A stretch of DNA of 64,000 nucleotides from Epiperipatus broadwayi (taxonomy: Eukaryota > Animalia > Onychophora). The stretch lies in the NCBI GenBank assembly GCA_028023455.1, contig JAQFVV010000006.1, positions 8,060,001 to 8,124,000 of the forward strand. Direction: 5' to 3'. Both the position numbers and the translations under genes were made by a program. This document shows positions 1 to 11,493 of this stretch, piece after piece (position 1 is the stretch's first letter; each line of letters starts with the position of its first letter). The notes under the pieces were generated by a model. It ran no database searches. It worked only from the letters and a program-made list of their open reading frames with translations, and was not told where the DNA came from.

Positions 1-225
1 TAAAGATCACTGTATAGAAAAGATAAATTTATTTAAAAAATATGAAAGATATAATTAAGATTACACCTGAGAAATTTATTTATTTTGCATATAAAATTTA
101 TTACTATTATTTTAAAGGCAGTTAAACATTCTAAACATTATAAAAGAATTTATAGAAACTCTAAATTAAACAAATCCACTTTCTTTATTACTGTTACAAA
201 GCTTATTTTATTAAACCTCATCAAT

Positions 226-257
226 CAGACAGTTTTGATTGACAAGCTATCTTCATG
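226..257 (-). ncRNA. Degenerate hammerhead ribozyme motif, lineage F (inverted partner of 381-417)
   Basis: Reverse strand reads GAAGA-TAGCTTG-TCAATC-AAAA-CTGTC-TG, followed by ATTGATGAGG and AATAAA. It is homologous to the plus-strand copy at 381-417; the core is partly mutated. Confidence 0.45.
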
Positions 258-380
258 ATCAGATGTATAAATTGTATAAAAATACATCGAATACACAAAT
301 AGTTTATCATATAAACAATATAATCAAACATTATATGATAAATTATTTGTATATTCATGTATTTATATATATATATTATA

Positions 381-417
381 GCTCTGAAGAAGATTGCCAT
401 TCAATCGAAACTGTCAA
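381..417 (+). ncRNA. Type I minimal hammerhead ribozyme motif, lineage F (Penelope-type with an extra nucleotide after A9)
   Basis: CTGAAGA (384-390), A, stem II GATTG/CAATC (5 bp), GAAA (407-410), C-T-GT, cleavage triplet GUC. Stem I is poorly paired in this copy. Confidence 0.6.
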
Positions 418-433
418 ATTGATGAAGTTGAAT

Positions 434-659
434 ACTGATTATATATATGTGTGAGGATAGTAATCTAGACCAACTGATGATTGCTGGTTTAGTATGAAAT
501 ACGTATATTGGTGATTATTTATCTTTTCAACATGTGTGTGATCAGGTGGGTCAGCAATATGAGATGGCACTGAGAGTGGTGGATCATGTGAAAGTCTGAG
601 TTCAAACCCCGCATATATTACATATATAAATGCAAGTTTAAGCCTGTACAATATATTAA
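434..659 (+). mobile_element. Hammerhead-containing repeat, family A (partial monomer)
   Basis: Near-identical to 7672-7925, 30020-30202 and the inverted copies. Contains the hammerhead, a GAGTTCAAACCCC B-box-like motif and the family 3' end AAGCCTGTACA. Confidence 0.85.
469..512 (+). ncRNA. Type I minimal hammerhead ribozyme, family A
   Basis: ACCAA-CTGATGA-TTGCTGGTTTAGTAT-GAAA-TACGTAT-A-TTGGT: stem I ACCAA/TTGGT, stem II TGCT/AGTA, palindromic stem III ATACGTAT, AUA triplet. Confidence 0.85.
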
Positions 660-1349
660 AATAAGTATTGTAACAGTAATAGAGAAACGCGAATTTGTTT
701 AATTATTTGGTGAATGGGAGATTCCAAAATTGTGTTACAAGTGGATTTTATTCAATTCTACCCTTACATGTGTAAAATAGACAATCACAACTACTGATTG
801 GCAATATCCATGTAAATCAAAGAAAGATCAAATTCAGTTGCATAATGCAAAAAATTAGAGAGTAACAAGTCAGATTTTAATTTTGAGTCATATAGTAGAC
901 TGACATATACCGACAATAGAAGAATGTGACAAATTAAACTCCGATCTGGGAAGCTATCACTCTGGAGTTTGCCATTCTACAACCAGGCAAGATGTACTAC
1001 TAATAATCTAATCCAGCAATGGATCACAGCTTCAGTTGTCACTTTCAGTGCTCAAACAATGTATAAATACCTAAGCAACAAACAAACACAAATATATTAT
1101 CTCTGCATAGATTGAAGCAATGACAGAAGAATGGACTCTGGAGCTACAGGATCCTGGATTGCAATGCAACTCTGTAACTACTGGTATTTGAAATTCTTGT
1201 GAACTTCCAAGAAATAAATCATTCAATTATTTCAACAAAATGATATATGTAAAGATCCAAGGCTTATTTACCAATCCTAGAAAAATAATTTATCATTAAA
1301 AAAAAAAAATCTATAACAGTAATTACAAACAATTTTTGATTCTATTTAG

Positions 1350-1758
1350 AAGGTAATAAACTTCCCTCATATTAAGACAACAATATTAAATATGAGAACA
1401 CTCTCATTCCAGCCATAAGATAAAGACTTAGAGAATATAAAAAGGACCATCTTATTTTCAAACCTAAATGCACTTATACAGGCCAATCAATTTCTTTGAT
1501 AATTTTATTAACAAGTATGAAATATTATAATTTTCTTTGTGCCAATATTAGTTGTTAAAATATGAAATAATCAATGAATTTTACTACTGCAATGTCAGAT
1601 TGTAATTATATTTAGAATAAAACTTCCTCACTAGCACCATACATAATATTAAATCAACAATGTTAAATATGAGGATATTCTCTTTCCAGCCACAAGAGAT
1701 AAAGACTTGTTAGAATATAAAAATAACTGTCTTATTTTCAAACCTAAATGCACTTATA
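1350..1758 (+). repeat. Two diverged direct copies (~1350-1478, ~1615-1758) of a dispersed repeat related to 22270-22912 and 58640-58745
   Basis: Shared AGATAAAGACTT...TCTTATTTTCAAACCTAAATGCACTTATA block. Confidence 0.7.
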
Positions 1759-2989
1759 TTGAGTATAATATTGTACATTTCCCTTTAACAACATCCACAT
1801 TCTGGTGCTATAAAAATCTAACAGATGGGGACTAAATTAATCGATGACTACCAACATCATTTTCAATCATTGGTAATAATATTTACTAAGGCTGTAACCT
1901 TATGAATAAGTGTCTGAAAAATTCGAAGATAGGGACCTCTACAGGTCTTAGCCACAAGCTTACACAAATGTGAAGATTTCTGAATCATAATATCATATGG
2001 GGTCCATTTATTATTCAAATTTATAGTCAATAGTTCTAGAGTTTAGTGAAAATAGCAGTTCTTGGTTTAGAAATGGTAGTCAATGGACTCTTGTAAGTCA
2101 CAGATATTAATGGAAACTTATTTTTCTTAACGCTGATACTTTTCTAAAATTACAATAGCAACATTTCTGTGCGACAAAATGTTTTCTTTTACCCTTACAT
2201 ACTATAGTTAAAAACAATGGAAATAACTTGGTAATTTTACTCATGATGGAATGTAAATAAATAATTAATATAGTAGTCAGCAAAAATCATATTTTTAATC
2301 CAACTTTAATCAGTCTTCAACAGGAAAATGTTCTATTTAGGTTATCATAGCTTTGTTCCATGGGGGATCATAGAAACATACAAACAAATACTGCCTTTAT
2401 TATTCAGCAGTTATTCCTAGATAAGTATTTCATTCCAATATCAGCCTTTCAAAAATATAATTGCAAGCATGGCGCTAGATAAAAATATTTGCTTATTTAC
2501 TCCTAGATAAGTAGTAAATGAATGTCAGATTCAGTTGATAAATTGCAATATGTTATGCAAATATAGAAGCAAATACTGTCTTCATTATTCGACAGTCACT
2601 CATTGGTAGTAAAATCTCATGCCTCCAGTTGATAAATTCCAATATGTGAAACCCTATTTGAAGTAGAAGAACGATGAATTATGATTTAAAGACCATGTAA
2701 CATCTTGCATGAATAAATGAATGTGAAATGCTAAGAATTTTTACATTTTGAATAAGTAATTTTTGCTATATGGGACAAGCTAGAAAGCATCATGTGAATG
2801 AATACATTCCTCTGTGTTTGCATTTTGTAATTTTGAAAATATTATACTTTAATTGGACCCTAAGAATTTTTTCCACTGCGCCATACTGAAGTAAAAATAA
2901 ACTTCTATTCACTTTTAACACCGATGTGAAAAGGTGGATAACATTTTCAAATATGTGAAAACTTTTTATAAGTGTGTCCGCATGGCTAT

Positions 2990-3240
2990 CCTATCACATT
3001 GTGACTATCCACCAGCACAGAAACTCAGATCACCCTTCTCACTATAGAGACCTTTTAGGATCAACTTACACTCATTAAGAGAATTAGAGACATCAAATAC
3101 CAGAATCTCCATGTTTAAAATTGTTATCAATGCATTCCACACCTTCACTTGTCAGGAGAATACAAAATATCAAATACCTGGATCTACCTGTTGTGGTGGT
3201 AATCTGATATTCTTCACTGTATCACTCTCCTACAAAATAG
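2990..3240 (+). pseudogene. Possible highly decayed non-LTR reverse transcriptase fragment
   Basis: Contains CAAAATATCAAATACCTGGAT (NIKYLD, resembling the IKYLG motif) in a relatively GC-rich patch; no open frame. Confidence 0.25.
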
Positions 3241-4494
3241 AGACTGGTTTCATATAACTTTTAATACCTTATAAAAGGGCAAATAATAATTACACTATAA
3301 AGCAAGCTTTTTAAATCTTATCAGCATGTTCCTTACCTCAGCTCTAATATATTGTGACCATCTATGAACACAGTAACTCTGGCCATCCTCACTAACTATG
3401 CATGTATCTTGCATGTAATATTTACCCATCAGAAAAACTAATGCTATCAAACAGCTAACCCTTTATGCCAATGTTGACAGTTTGATATTTTTTATTAATT
3501 ACTCTCTTGCAAATGAGAGAAAAAAAAGTTGTGCTAATGGATAAAAGTAATATAATGGAGTTTGCTGCCACGTGATTTTAAAAAGTAGATAGAAACCTGT
3601 TACAATAGAAAAACATTAAATTGTCAACATAGAATTCAAGGTGTTCAATGCCTTTATCTCACCTGACAAACACTGCAAGGTGCATACATCATAAAAGAGG
3701 GTGGTTTGAGTCTTTGCGTGGGTGGACAATTGCAATGTAGCAGAGTTTGAGATTGCAGCGCATTCTAAAAAAAAAATTTTTTTTTAAAAAAATGAATAAG
3801 AAAGAAGTGCTATCAAAAATGGAATTCCGAATCCATTACAGTAGTAACATTGGTGAAGATTTTTGCATACACGATTGTATCTTGAAGGGGAAAGGCAAAT
3901 GTCATGAATTACGATTCAATAAATTATTTTGTAACTCATTAATTTTATGCTGAAATTCAGTTAAGTAGATGATTAATCAATTAAATGAGATTTTTTTTTT
4001 TAAAAAAAAAATTATATAAAAAAAATTAATATGAATGGATTTATTATTTCAGTCTTACTTCATGCCATTTTAAAATATAAATAAAAAAAGATCATGTGAT
4101 AATTTTTATATATTTTGCCAATTAAAAAACAATGAAAAATGCTAAAGTACTTTAATTATTCTTAGCGAAACAATGGATGAAAAAAGTAATCGATAAGGGT
4201 ATTTATCTCACAAATAGAGAGAAAAAAGATTAAACGAAAATGTAAAGAAACATTTGTTGGAAATAAATAATTTGTGTAAAAGACGTAGTAATCTTTTGAA
4301 AAGATGAAGAAACATTGAATCAATATTTAAGAAACTAAATAAAAAAGCAAAAAACAGGCACTAAATTAAAAAACAACATTGGTCCAGCTTACGGAATTCA
4401 ACGGTTAACTATTTATTAAGTTCCAGATTCGAATTTCTTTTAAATGTTAGGATTGTGCGGGTTAAATCTCTACCCAATGCTAAATTATTCATAT

Positions 4495-4534
4495 CTCCAG
4501 ACTAATTTCTGTTTTAAGACCTTCATCAGAGAGA
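4495..4534 (-). ncRNA. Hammerhead ribozyme motif, lineage E/H
   Basis: Reverse strand: CTGATGA-AGGTCTTAAAACA-GAAA-TTAGT-C-TGGAG. Core and GUC triplet are intact, stems are imperfect. Downstream sequence resembles family E (GCATTGG.TAG.GATT). Confidence 0.6.
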
Positions 4535-5726
4535 GTATAGATACAGTTCACCTGAATTTTTTTGTACCTAATTCCCTTTTCATTGCAGCAGCTAGCCTTG
4601 ACACTTTTACCTACTTAAAATTCAAAAACATCTTAACATATCCAATTTGACAATTCAAAAAGATTAAAAAAACATGCATTAGTTCCAAAGCACCCAAGTG
4701 GACTGGATCCAGTTCCAATACCCCTCACCGGAAAATGCTATAAAATAGAAACTAGCTTGGAGGTAGAGATAAGACATCAGTGGATAAGAATTCAATAAAT
4801 ATGATATCTAGCATCTATTGATTTATTAAGCTTGTAACATAATAAATGGCAGATCTGAAGTAAAATAAATTGTTCAATTTTTAAAAAACTTAGTATAATA
4901 TGATGCAATAATATTGTGAGTTTTCATTTTTATTTTAAGACCTATGCTGTACTGCTACCTTTAATTATTAAAAAAACTAAGGCCATCAAAATATAGGATA
5001 GTGCTACTATATAACTATGCTAGTAATTTGCATGCATTCTAAGCATTACTGTTTTTGAATTTCAAACTAATAGCTTTGTAGTATAAAAAAGATTAAAAAT
5101 GAATGTTAGATGAAAGATGATTTAAATCCAAAAAGAAATCCAAATTCATTAGATCCAAGTTCAAATCTTTTCAATGGCAATAGATTTAAGCCAAAAACTA
5201 ATCTGTGAATATAAATAGAACAACACATAAGTGCTGGGAACACTAAATAAAAAAAGCTTTTCCTATTTAGCGTTTCTAGTGCTTATAATTTAATTACAAT
5301 TTGTCTAAGAAAAGTTTACCAACGCATATATAATCACAATACTTAAGCTTATAAAAACATGGCTGAGCTCGAATGGGATAGTTAGATTTTGATACAGGAA
5401 TCCTGAATAAAACAAAAACAATAAGACATCACATGACTCCAGGTATATAATGCTGTACATTAGCAAAAAAAATTCTCTTATCACTATTATGCCATGTAGT
5501 ATATGCTTTAGTCATCAGAGAATGTCAGGTGGTAGTGTTAAATAAATATGCCTATTCAGTTTTTTCCTGAAGGTTTGTGATAATGGTGTTCTAGTTATAT
5601 TTTTATATTGGACTATTTCCATCTTCTAATATACATATCGAATGTCTTTAGAAAAATTTAACTTTATTTAAATAATTCAAATACATTCAACTGTTAATAA
5701 TAGCACATCAAACAGATTAGTATATG

Positions 5727-5769
5727 CACAACATTTCAAGAGATATTATTTTCCCCTCTTTTTCAGGTG
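5727..5769 (-). ncRNA. Degenerate hammerhead motif, family B
   Basis: Reverse: CAC-CTGAAAA-A-GAGGGG-loop-TCTCTT-GAAA-TGTT-GTG; G8 is mutated. Confidence 0.5.
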
Positions 5770-6079
5770 TTGCAAGCCTGACTAGTGACAGTACTAGCAT
5801 GGGAGTCGAACCTTAAGATAACTTTCTAACCAACTGAGCCATCTTGCCAAAGGCAACAATCTGTAGAAATTTTGTATACTTATCTATGAGGTTCCTCCTG
5901 ATTTCTCCACTTTTTCCTAAGAGCATAGTTTATTATTGGTTTCTATATATTATGTATAGTCACACTAGGCTGGATTATGGGATTTTATGCCATTGTTATG
6001 TGAGCAGCTTCTTTAAATTTTCTTTCTTTGTACCTTTTCTTTTCTATCCAATATTTTTGTATTTTTCCAATAGAACATA

Positions 6080-6388
6080 TATATTGCTGAGACCAGTCGT
6101 CCCATTAAAAAGTGATTGCAAGAACCCAAACTGATGATTAGAAGAGAGAATAAAGATGTGTCTAGGGTGGCAGACCATGTATGTGCCAATGAACATATGT
6201 TCAATTGGAAAAATACAAAAATATTCGACAGAGAAGAAAGGGTACAAAGAAAATTTAATGAAGCTGCTCACATGACAATGGCAAAAAATCCCATAAGCCA
6301 ACCTAGTGTGACTATACATAATGTATGGACAACCACTAATCAACTTTGCTCTTATGAAAAGGTGGAGAAATCAGGAGGAATCTCATAG
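6080..6388 (+). pseudogene. GIY-YIG endonuclease C-terminal half of a Penelope-like element
   Basis: Frame reads YIAETSRPIKK*LQEPKLMIRRENKDVSRVADHVCANEHMFNWKNTKIFDREERVQRKFNEAAH. This matches the YIGET-R-L-EH, H-x4-5-H-F-W and K-x-x-E pattern of PLE endonucleases; one stop codon (TGA, probably from CGA). Confidence 0.8.
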
Positions 6389-6423
6389 ATAAGTATACAA
6401 AATTTCTACAGACTGTTGCCTTT

Positions 6424-6503
6424 GGAAGAATGGCTCAGTTAGTTAGAGCGTTACCTTAAAATTCAATACTCAAGAATCTAAGGGTCCAGATTCAAATCCC
6501 ATG
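6424..6503 (+). other. tRNA-Lys(UUU)-like module inside the family B pseudo-LTR (not a functional tRNA)
   Basis: TGGCTCAGTTAGTTAGAGCG (A box/D arm) and AATCTAAGGGTCCAGATTCAAATCCC, compared with tRNA-Lys AATCTGAGGGTCCAGGGTTCAAGTCCC; an AT-rich insert sits in the anticodon loop. Confidence 0.7.
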
Positions 6504-6531
6504 CTAGTACTGTCACTAGTCACGCCAGCAA

Positions 6532-6574
6532 CACCTGAAGAAGAGGGGAGAATAATACTTCTCAAAATGTTGTG
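6532..6574 (+). ncRNA. Degenerate hammerhead motif, family B
   Basis: CAC-CTGAAGA-A-GAGGGG-loop-CTTCTC-AAAA-TGTT-GTG; CGAAA appears to have decayed to CAAAA. Confidence 0.55.
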
Positions 6575-6732
6575 CATATACTAACCTGTGTGATGTGCTA
6601 TTACAGTTGAATGTATTTGGAATATTTAAATAAAGTTAAATTTTTCTAAAGACCTTCAATATGCATATTAGATAATGGAAATAGTCCAATATAAAAATAC
6701 AAATGCCTATTCAGTGTTTTCTTAGTAAATAT

Positions 6733-6827
6733 CCACAGACTTGTTCCTAGTTTACGGCTTTCACCACATTTCCTAAATCCCATAACTTCTCAATGATGAA
6801 ATCCATAAGCTAGAAACTTGTCTAGGG
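6733..6827. repeat. Short inverted pair of degenerate family E hammerhead segments (6733-6770 minus, 6788-6827 plus)
   Basis: Plus arm ATGATGA-AATCCATAAGCTA-GAAA-CTTGT-C-TAGGG; minus arm GTGA-AAGCCGTAAACTA-GGAA-CAAGT-C-TGTGG. Both are homologous to 31503-31542. Confidence 0.6.
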
Positions 6828-7671
6828 ATACTGGATAGGATAGCACTGGATAGAGATTTATTAAGCATTAACATTTGATATCCACTAGTTACTAAAGCTC
6901 ACATGGGTACCATAACTGTGGTGAGAGAAAAAGAATTTGTTATTAAAACAATAACATTCGAGAAAAAGAAAATGAAGATACTCAAAATTAATAAAAGTAA
7001 AACAAACAATGTGAACTTATGCTGGAAGTAATATCAGAAATAAACGTGACCATAAAATAAATAACTGGATAAGGAGGAAATCAATAAAAGATGGGCAGAA
7101 TTTGTAAAGTAAGGACATCAATCTGATTACAAAACGATTTAAAAATACTGGTCATTTACCTATTTACCAAAGCAAGAAATATCGTGAAATTTTTTTAAAA
7201 AAAAAACGTTACAGAAAATTACTAAAAATTAGCTAACTAAAATATTACTGATAAATAATTGTACAAAACATAAAATTGGAAGAAATTACAATAAAGGAAA
7301 TTACAAATGTGAAATAAATGCTGATCAGAAACTAAAAACCTTACAAATGGCAAATATATATATATATAATGATTCTATAAAATATAGAAAGATTCCATCA
7401 AATAATGATATAGAACTAATAAGAAAAATCCAGTTTTTTTTTTTGTTATGAATAAATAAACAGAACACCATACAATTGTGGAAGCTGAATTTAATGTTTA
7501 TGAAGACAATTGTATTTCATTATTAAACCTTTTATGTTATATAATTTACACCATTTCTACATTTTAAGTATACAGTATATTAATAAAAACTATTTTCTCA
7601 AAAAAAAAAATATTACAAAGTAATAATGACTTACACATAATGACATTACACATGACACAAGTATAGTGATC

Positions 7672-7925
7672 AGCTATCTTAATGTAAAGCTGAGCACTCA
7701 TTGTATATAAGTGTGAGGATAGCAATCTGGACCAACTGATGATTGCTGGTTTAGCATGAAATACGAATATTGGTGATTATTTATCTTTTCAACATGTGTA
7801 TGATCAGGTGGGTCAGCAATATGAGATGGCATGGAGAGTTGAGGGTTGTGTGAAAGTCTGAGTTCGAATCCCTTATATTACATTATATATGTGTAGGCGT
7901 GTGTAAGCCTGTACAGTGTATTAAT
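7672..7925 (+). mobile_element. Family A repeat (partial monomer) with hammerhead at 7731-7774
   Basis: ACCAA-CTGATGA-TTGCTGGTTTAGCAT-GAAA-TACGAAT-A-TTGGT; B box GAGTTCGAATCCC; ends at AAGCCTGTACAGTGTATTAA. Confidence 0.85.
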
Positions 7926-8537
7926 TTACACATAGTGATCAAAGTAATTCCTCATTGTGTATACCGTCCAGAATTGAATCTGGGCTGAGTGAAACTTAAA
8001 CATGTTTCAGTTTTCTGATTTCAAAAGTCAGTTCACAGCCGATATAGTTAATTATCCAATATAACAAGAATGAAAAACTGCAAAACAGTTACTAGCAGGT
8101 TATTGGAAAATAAAATAAATAATGACTTCTCTATCATTATTTTTTGAAGAAGGCTGTTAGAAATGTATTTGCCCTAAAAAAGTTTGTTTTACATATTTTC
8201 TAATAAAAATATTGACAATTTAATCCAAAACTATCATTCTATCCAGATATTAGAGTAGTTAGTAAGAGAATTATAACATTTACAAAGCTTAAAGGGATTG
8301 GAAAAATCAGCCATATTTTTGAGCAATTGCAAAGAAAAACATACGTAGCTAAATTTATAAATTTTAACTATATTAAAATTTATATATTTAAAAACTATGC
8401 ATATTAAAAATGATTTTTAAAAAATATTAGGATAAAGATACAATGAATTATATATTTTCTATTACTAATTACTTCATCAATGCTTTCAGCTTAAATTTTA
8501 AATTATTACAGCAATTAGAGTTTAAGTTCTAAACTTT

Positions 8538-8640
8538 GTCAAGCGTTGGTGGCCGAGTGGTCATCACAGCTTCCTTACAAGCAGTTGTCCCGAGTTCGCT
8601 TCCCGGCCGATGCTTTGACACATGAAAAAAAAAAAAAAAA
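8538..8640 (+). mobile_element. tRNA-Gly-derived SINE (family C)
   Basis: GCGTTGG...CCGATGC acceptor-stem remnants, A box TGGCCGAGTGG, B box GAGTTCGCTTCCC, TTTGACACAT and a poly(A) tail. Confidence 0.8.
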
Positions 8641-9094
8641 CTATAAGATTGGACTTTATAGCGTAGTATATTAATTTCCTTCTTATAATCTTGGATTCGA
8701 ATCTAGGTTGTGTAAAACTTTAAAAAAAAATTGAGGTTACAAACAGATTTAAATTTGTATTGATTTTTTTTTTTTTTAACCTTAAAATCAAATAATACCT
8801 CTTTCCAAAAAAAAAGAAGTACTAATGGATTTATTGCTCGGGAATTCACAAAAATTTCGAGCGATAGAATAAACCCTGAGACTCCCGATATCTCAAGTCG
8901 AACACCCAATCAACTGCGCTGATAATAAATGACAAAAATAAAAATAATAATAATATTCTAACGAATTGTGAAAGTAAAATAATTCCAATAAAAAAAAAAA
9001 ACTTTTATAAAGTAAATTTTTATTTCATATTAATATTTTAGACATATATAAATTAATCAAATAGCCTATTGTTAGGGAAGTGATGGAAAATTCG

Positions 9095-9213
9095 ATAACC
9101 GGAAGTGACGCAACACGTTCTTCCGCCATGAGCTCCACAATTTGATCGCTCCACCCTGTACCAAACCATGCTGAGTTACCCAAGTGATTTCTTTTCATTC
9201 ACGTGACTACAAG
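9095..9213 (+). promoter_or_regulatory. Candidate housekeeping-type promoter and non-coding first exon
   Basis: Local CpG enrichment; CCGGAAGTGACG (ETS plus half-CRE, 9099-9110), CGCCAT (YY1-like), TCACGTGA (9199-9206), splice donor AAG|GTAACT after 9213. Confidence 0.45.
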
Positions 9214-9862
9214 GTAACTGTAAAACTATTTCGAAGATGAGATCGTATTTGAAAGTTATTTAATTAATTCCAAAAACATATTAAATCACATTATTTCTCA
9301 AAAAAAGTGAGCGCGATTCTATTTTACGTTCACACCTGCTAAGGTGAATCAAAATTATTCATAACAGATATCCGGAAAATATTAATTCCTTTAATTGATT
9401 CAAATATTGGCACTGTTTCAAACATATTTTAAAAAAATCAAACTATCTGGAGATTTGTAATGCTGTTTATTTCTTCTGTTAGTGGCAAGTTAATTTCCTA
9501 TTGAGATCCTAAACACCATTAAAAATCCGTTAATTGCTTTGATAAGATTAATCTCATTTAAACAATAAACAAGATAAACTTTGTTAATAAATTAAAATAA
9601 AATAAACACCCATTAACATTTAAATTGATATTATAAAATGTGAAAAATTTTAGTTACACTTATAAGTATGATTTTTGCAATTAGTTCTAAAGAAACAATT
9701 TAACATATATATATTGCAATTCAAAAAATACATAATACAATAAATATAATTGCAAAAAAATGAAGTTACATATCACATGACCTAATTTAACAAGCTGGTA
9801 TTACAAATGTTATCTAATGAGCTTGCCAGTAGTTCTTAAAAAGCTTTTCAGAATATCTCTAA

Positions 9863-9900
9863 CCCCAGTCTGGTTTCTGCTTCTGGCTTCTTCAGTGAGG
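9863..9900 (-). ncRNA. Hammerhead motif, lineage E/H (cleavage triplet mutated)
   Basis: Reverse: CCTCA-CTGAAGA-A-GC-CAGAA-GC-A-GAAA-CCAGA-C-TGGGG; stem I CCTCA/TGGGG. Confidence 0.6.
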
Positions 9901-10222
9901 TGCTAGAATATTCAAGCATTAGATTTAGAATACCAAGTCAAGCCCAGCACTTTATCTAATGGTTAACTATTAAATAGAAAATCTGAATTTTTCAGACAAC
10001 CATATGTCTTCAAATCCAGCTATCTGGGACTGAACTAAGTTCAGATACACCATACATTAATAGCTTTAGCAATATAAAATCACCAAAGCCTTAATAGCAA
10101 AAAATATAATTGCAAAGAAATCAAGTCATATATCACATGACCTAATTTAACAAGCATGTATTACAAATATTATCCAGTGAGCTTGCCAATACCTGTTAAC
10201 AAGCTTTTCAGAATATCCCTAA

Positions 10223-10260
10223 CCCCATATCGGTTTCTGCTTCTGACTTCCTCAGTGAGC
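10223..10260 (-). ncRNA. Hammerhead motif, lineage E/H
   Basis: Reverse: GCTCA-CTGAGGA-A-GT-CAGAA-GC-A-GAAA-CCGAT-A-TGGGG; core intact, AUA triplet. Confidence 0.65.
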
Positions 10261-10527
10261 AGTAGCCATGATTATGGTGGCTCTGCTCTGAAAATGCATT
10301 AGACTACTTCGTCAAAGTATAAATATAAACATATTTTATTTTTAAAAAAAGGTTGCCTTGACAACAGTTTGAAATTATTGATTGTTATTGATATTGGAAT
10401 TGTTTAAGTGTTGACTGGCTTTTAATGATTTTATTATACATATGCTACACAATAATTGAAAGTAAGCTTATCTACCTATGCTATCTAGATTACAGTTATA
10501 AGTAGATGAATTTTCATCTGCTATTAA

Positions 10528-11274
10528 CCTTTTAACCGCTAATTTTATTATTGGTTGTATCAGATAAAAATCAAATCTTTTAATTGGCCAACTCACAAAC
10601 TGAAGACAAAGCCTATTGTTAAAACATATTCGCCTATAATATTAAATTCAACTCAGATACGTTTATAAAAAGTATATTATTAATTTTTCAGGTTATGAAG
10701 AGAACGAAAGTTCTTTCAAAAATAAATTGCTATTTATTTATTCTAAAATATTCAATATCGGCAACATAAAAGCTATAATATAAACAAAAAGATCGACTTT
10801 TACGTTATAGAAAAGTAAATATTTCTTTTTACTACATCTTCAATATTTTTACTAAAATCTTCAATATTTTTCGAAAATAATTTTGTTTTTTTATTATTCT
10901 CTCTGAAAATAATTTTTAATTTCCATAAATATAATTTTATAATAATTTAAATCGTATTCGAAATGAAAATCTCAGCGTTTTTCTTTATTTTCTTTGATCA
11001 GGCAGTTTCTTTGTTCTTTCCAGCCAATCAGAATGTCTTTTTCGGCTGAGAGCATGCTAAGAACCAATCACAAATAATGTTCCTTCTTTGTTTAGGTTTA
11101 AATGCATTTTTTTTTTATTTTTTACTTGTAAAATAAATCGGAAGATGGCACCATCTTACAGAACTTTTAAAAACGAATTCAATACGTGTTTAACGAATAT
11201 TTTCGTATAAAAACTGGCTGAGTTAGAGTGATGTCAGATGTCGACGAGGAGCCTCATAAGAGGCGGGGAAAGAG
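10528..11274. mobile_element. piggyBac-like non-autonomous element (MITE)
   Basis: TTAA at both flanks (10524-10527, 11275-11278); termini CCTTTTAACCGC...GCGGGGAAAGAG; full-length paralog at 12437-13194. Confidence 0.7.
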
Positions 11275-11493
11275 TTAAGATATAAAATAGTTACTCAAAA
11301 CAATGCAAATTGTAAAAAAAAATTATATAATCTAAGAGACTTTCGTTCTCCATAACTTTCCTAATTTATGTTTACAGTATAGAATTAATTATTATTCTGA
11401 GTTAATATCTATTTAACATTGTGATATCACATGAAATATGGGTCCATTTTTGTGTTAGCTTGTAATAAAGACTCATCTAAATAGTTTGTTTAA

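Larger units (their letters stand above)
5561..6702. mobile_element. Penelope-like element remnant: inverted pseudo-LTR (5561-6079, minus) joined to a direct pseudo-LTR with GIY-YIG 3' half (6080-6702, plus); family B
   Basis: ~480 bp inverted arms flanked by a 13-bp direct repeat ATGCCTATTCAGT (5548-5560, 6703-6715). GIY-YIG residues, hammerhead and AATAAA are present; the left arm carries a ~40 nt extra tail. Confidence 0.8.
9740..10260 (-). repeat. Two ~160 bp direct repeats (9740-9900, 10100-10260), each ending in a lineage E/H hammerhead motif
   Basis: The two copies align along their length. Hammerhead motifs at 9863-9900 and 10223-10260 on the minus strand. Confidence 0.8.

Noticed and set aside
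6424-6503. Functional tRNA genes here, at the family C SINEs, and at 20770-20840
   Set aside because: Disrupted anticodon arms, poly(A) tails or embedding in repeats; these are tRNA-derived, not tRNA genes.
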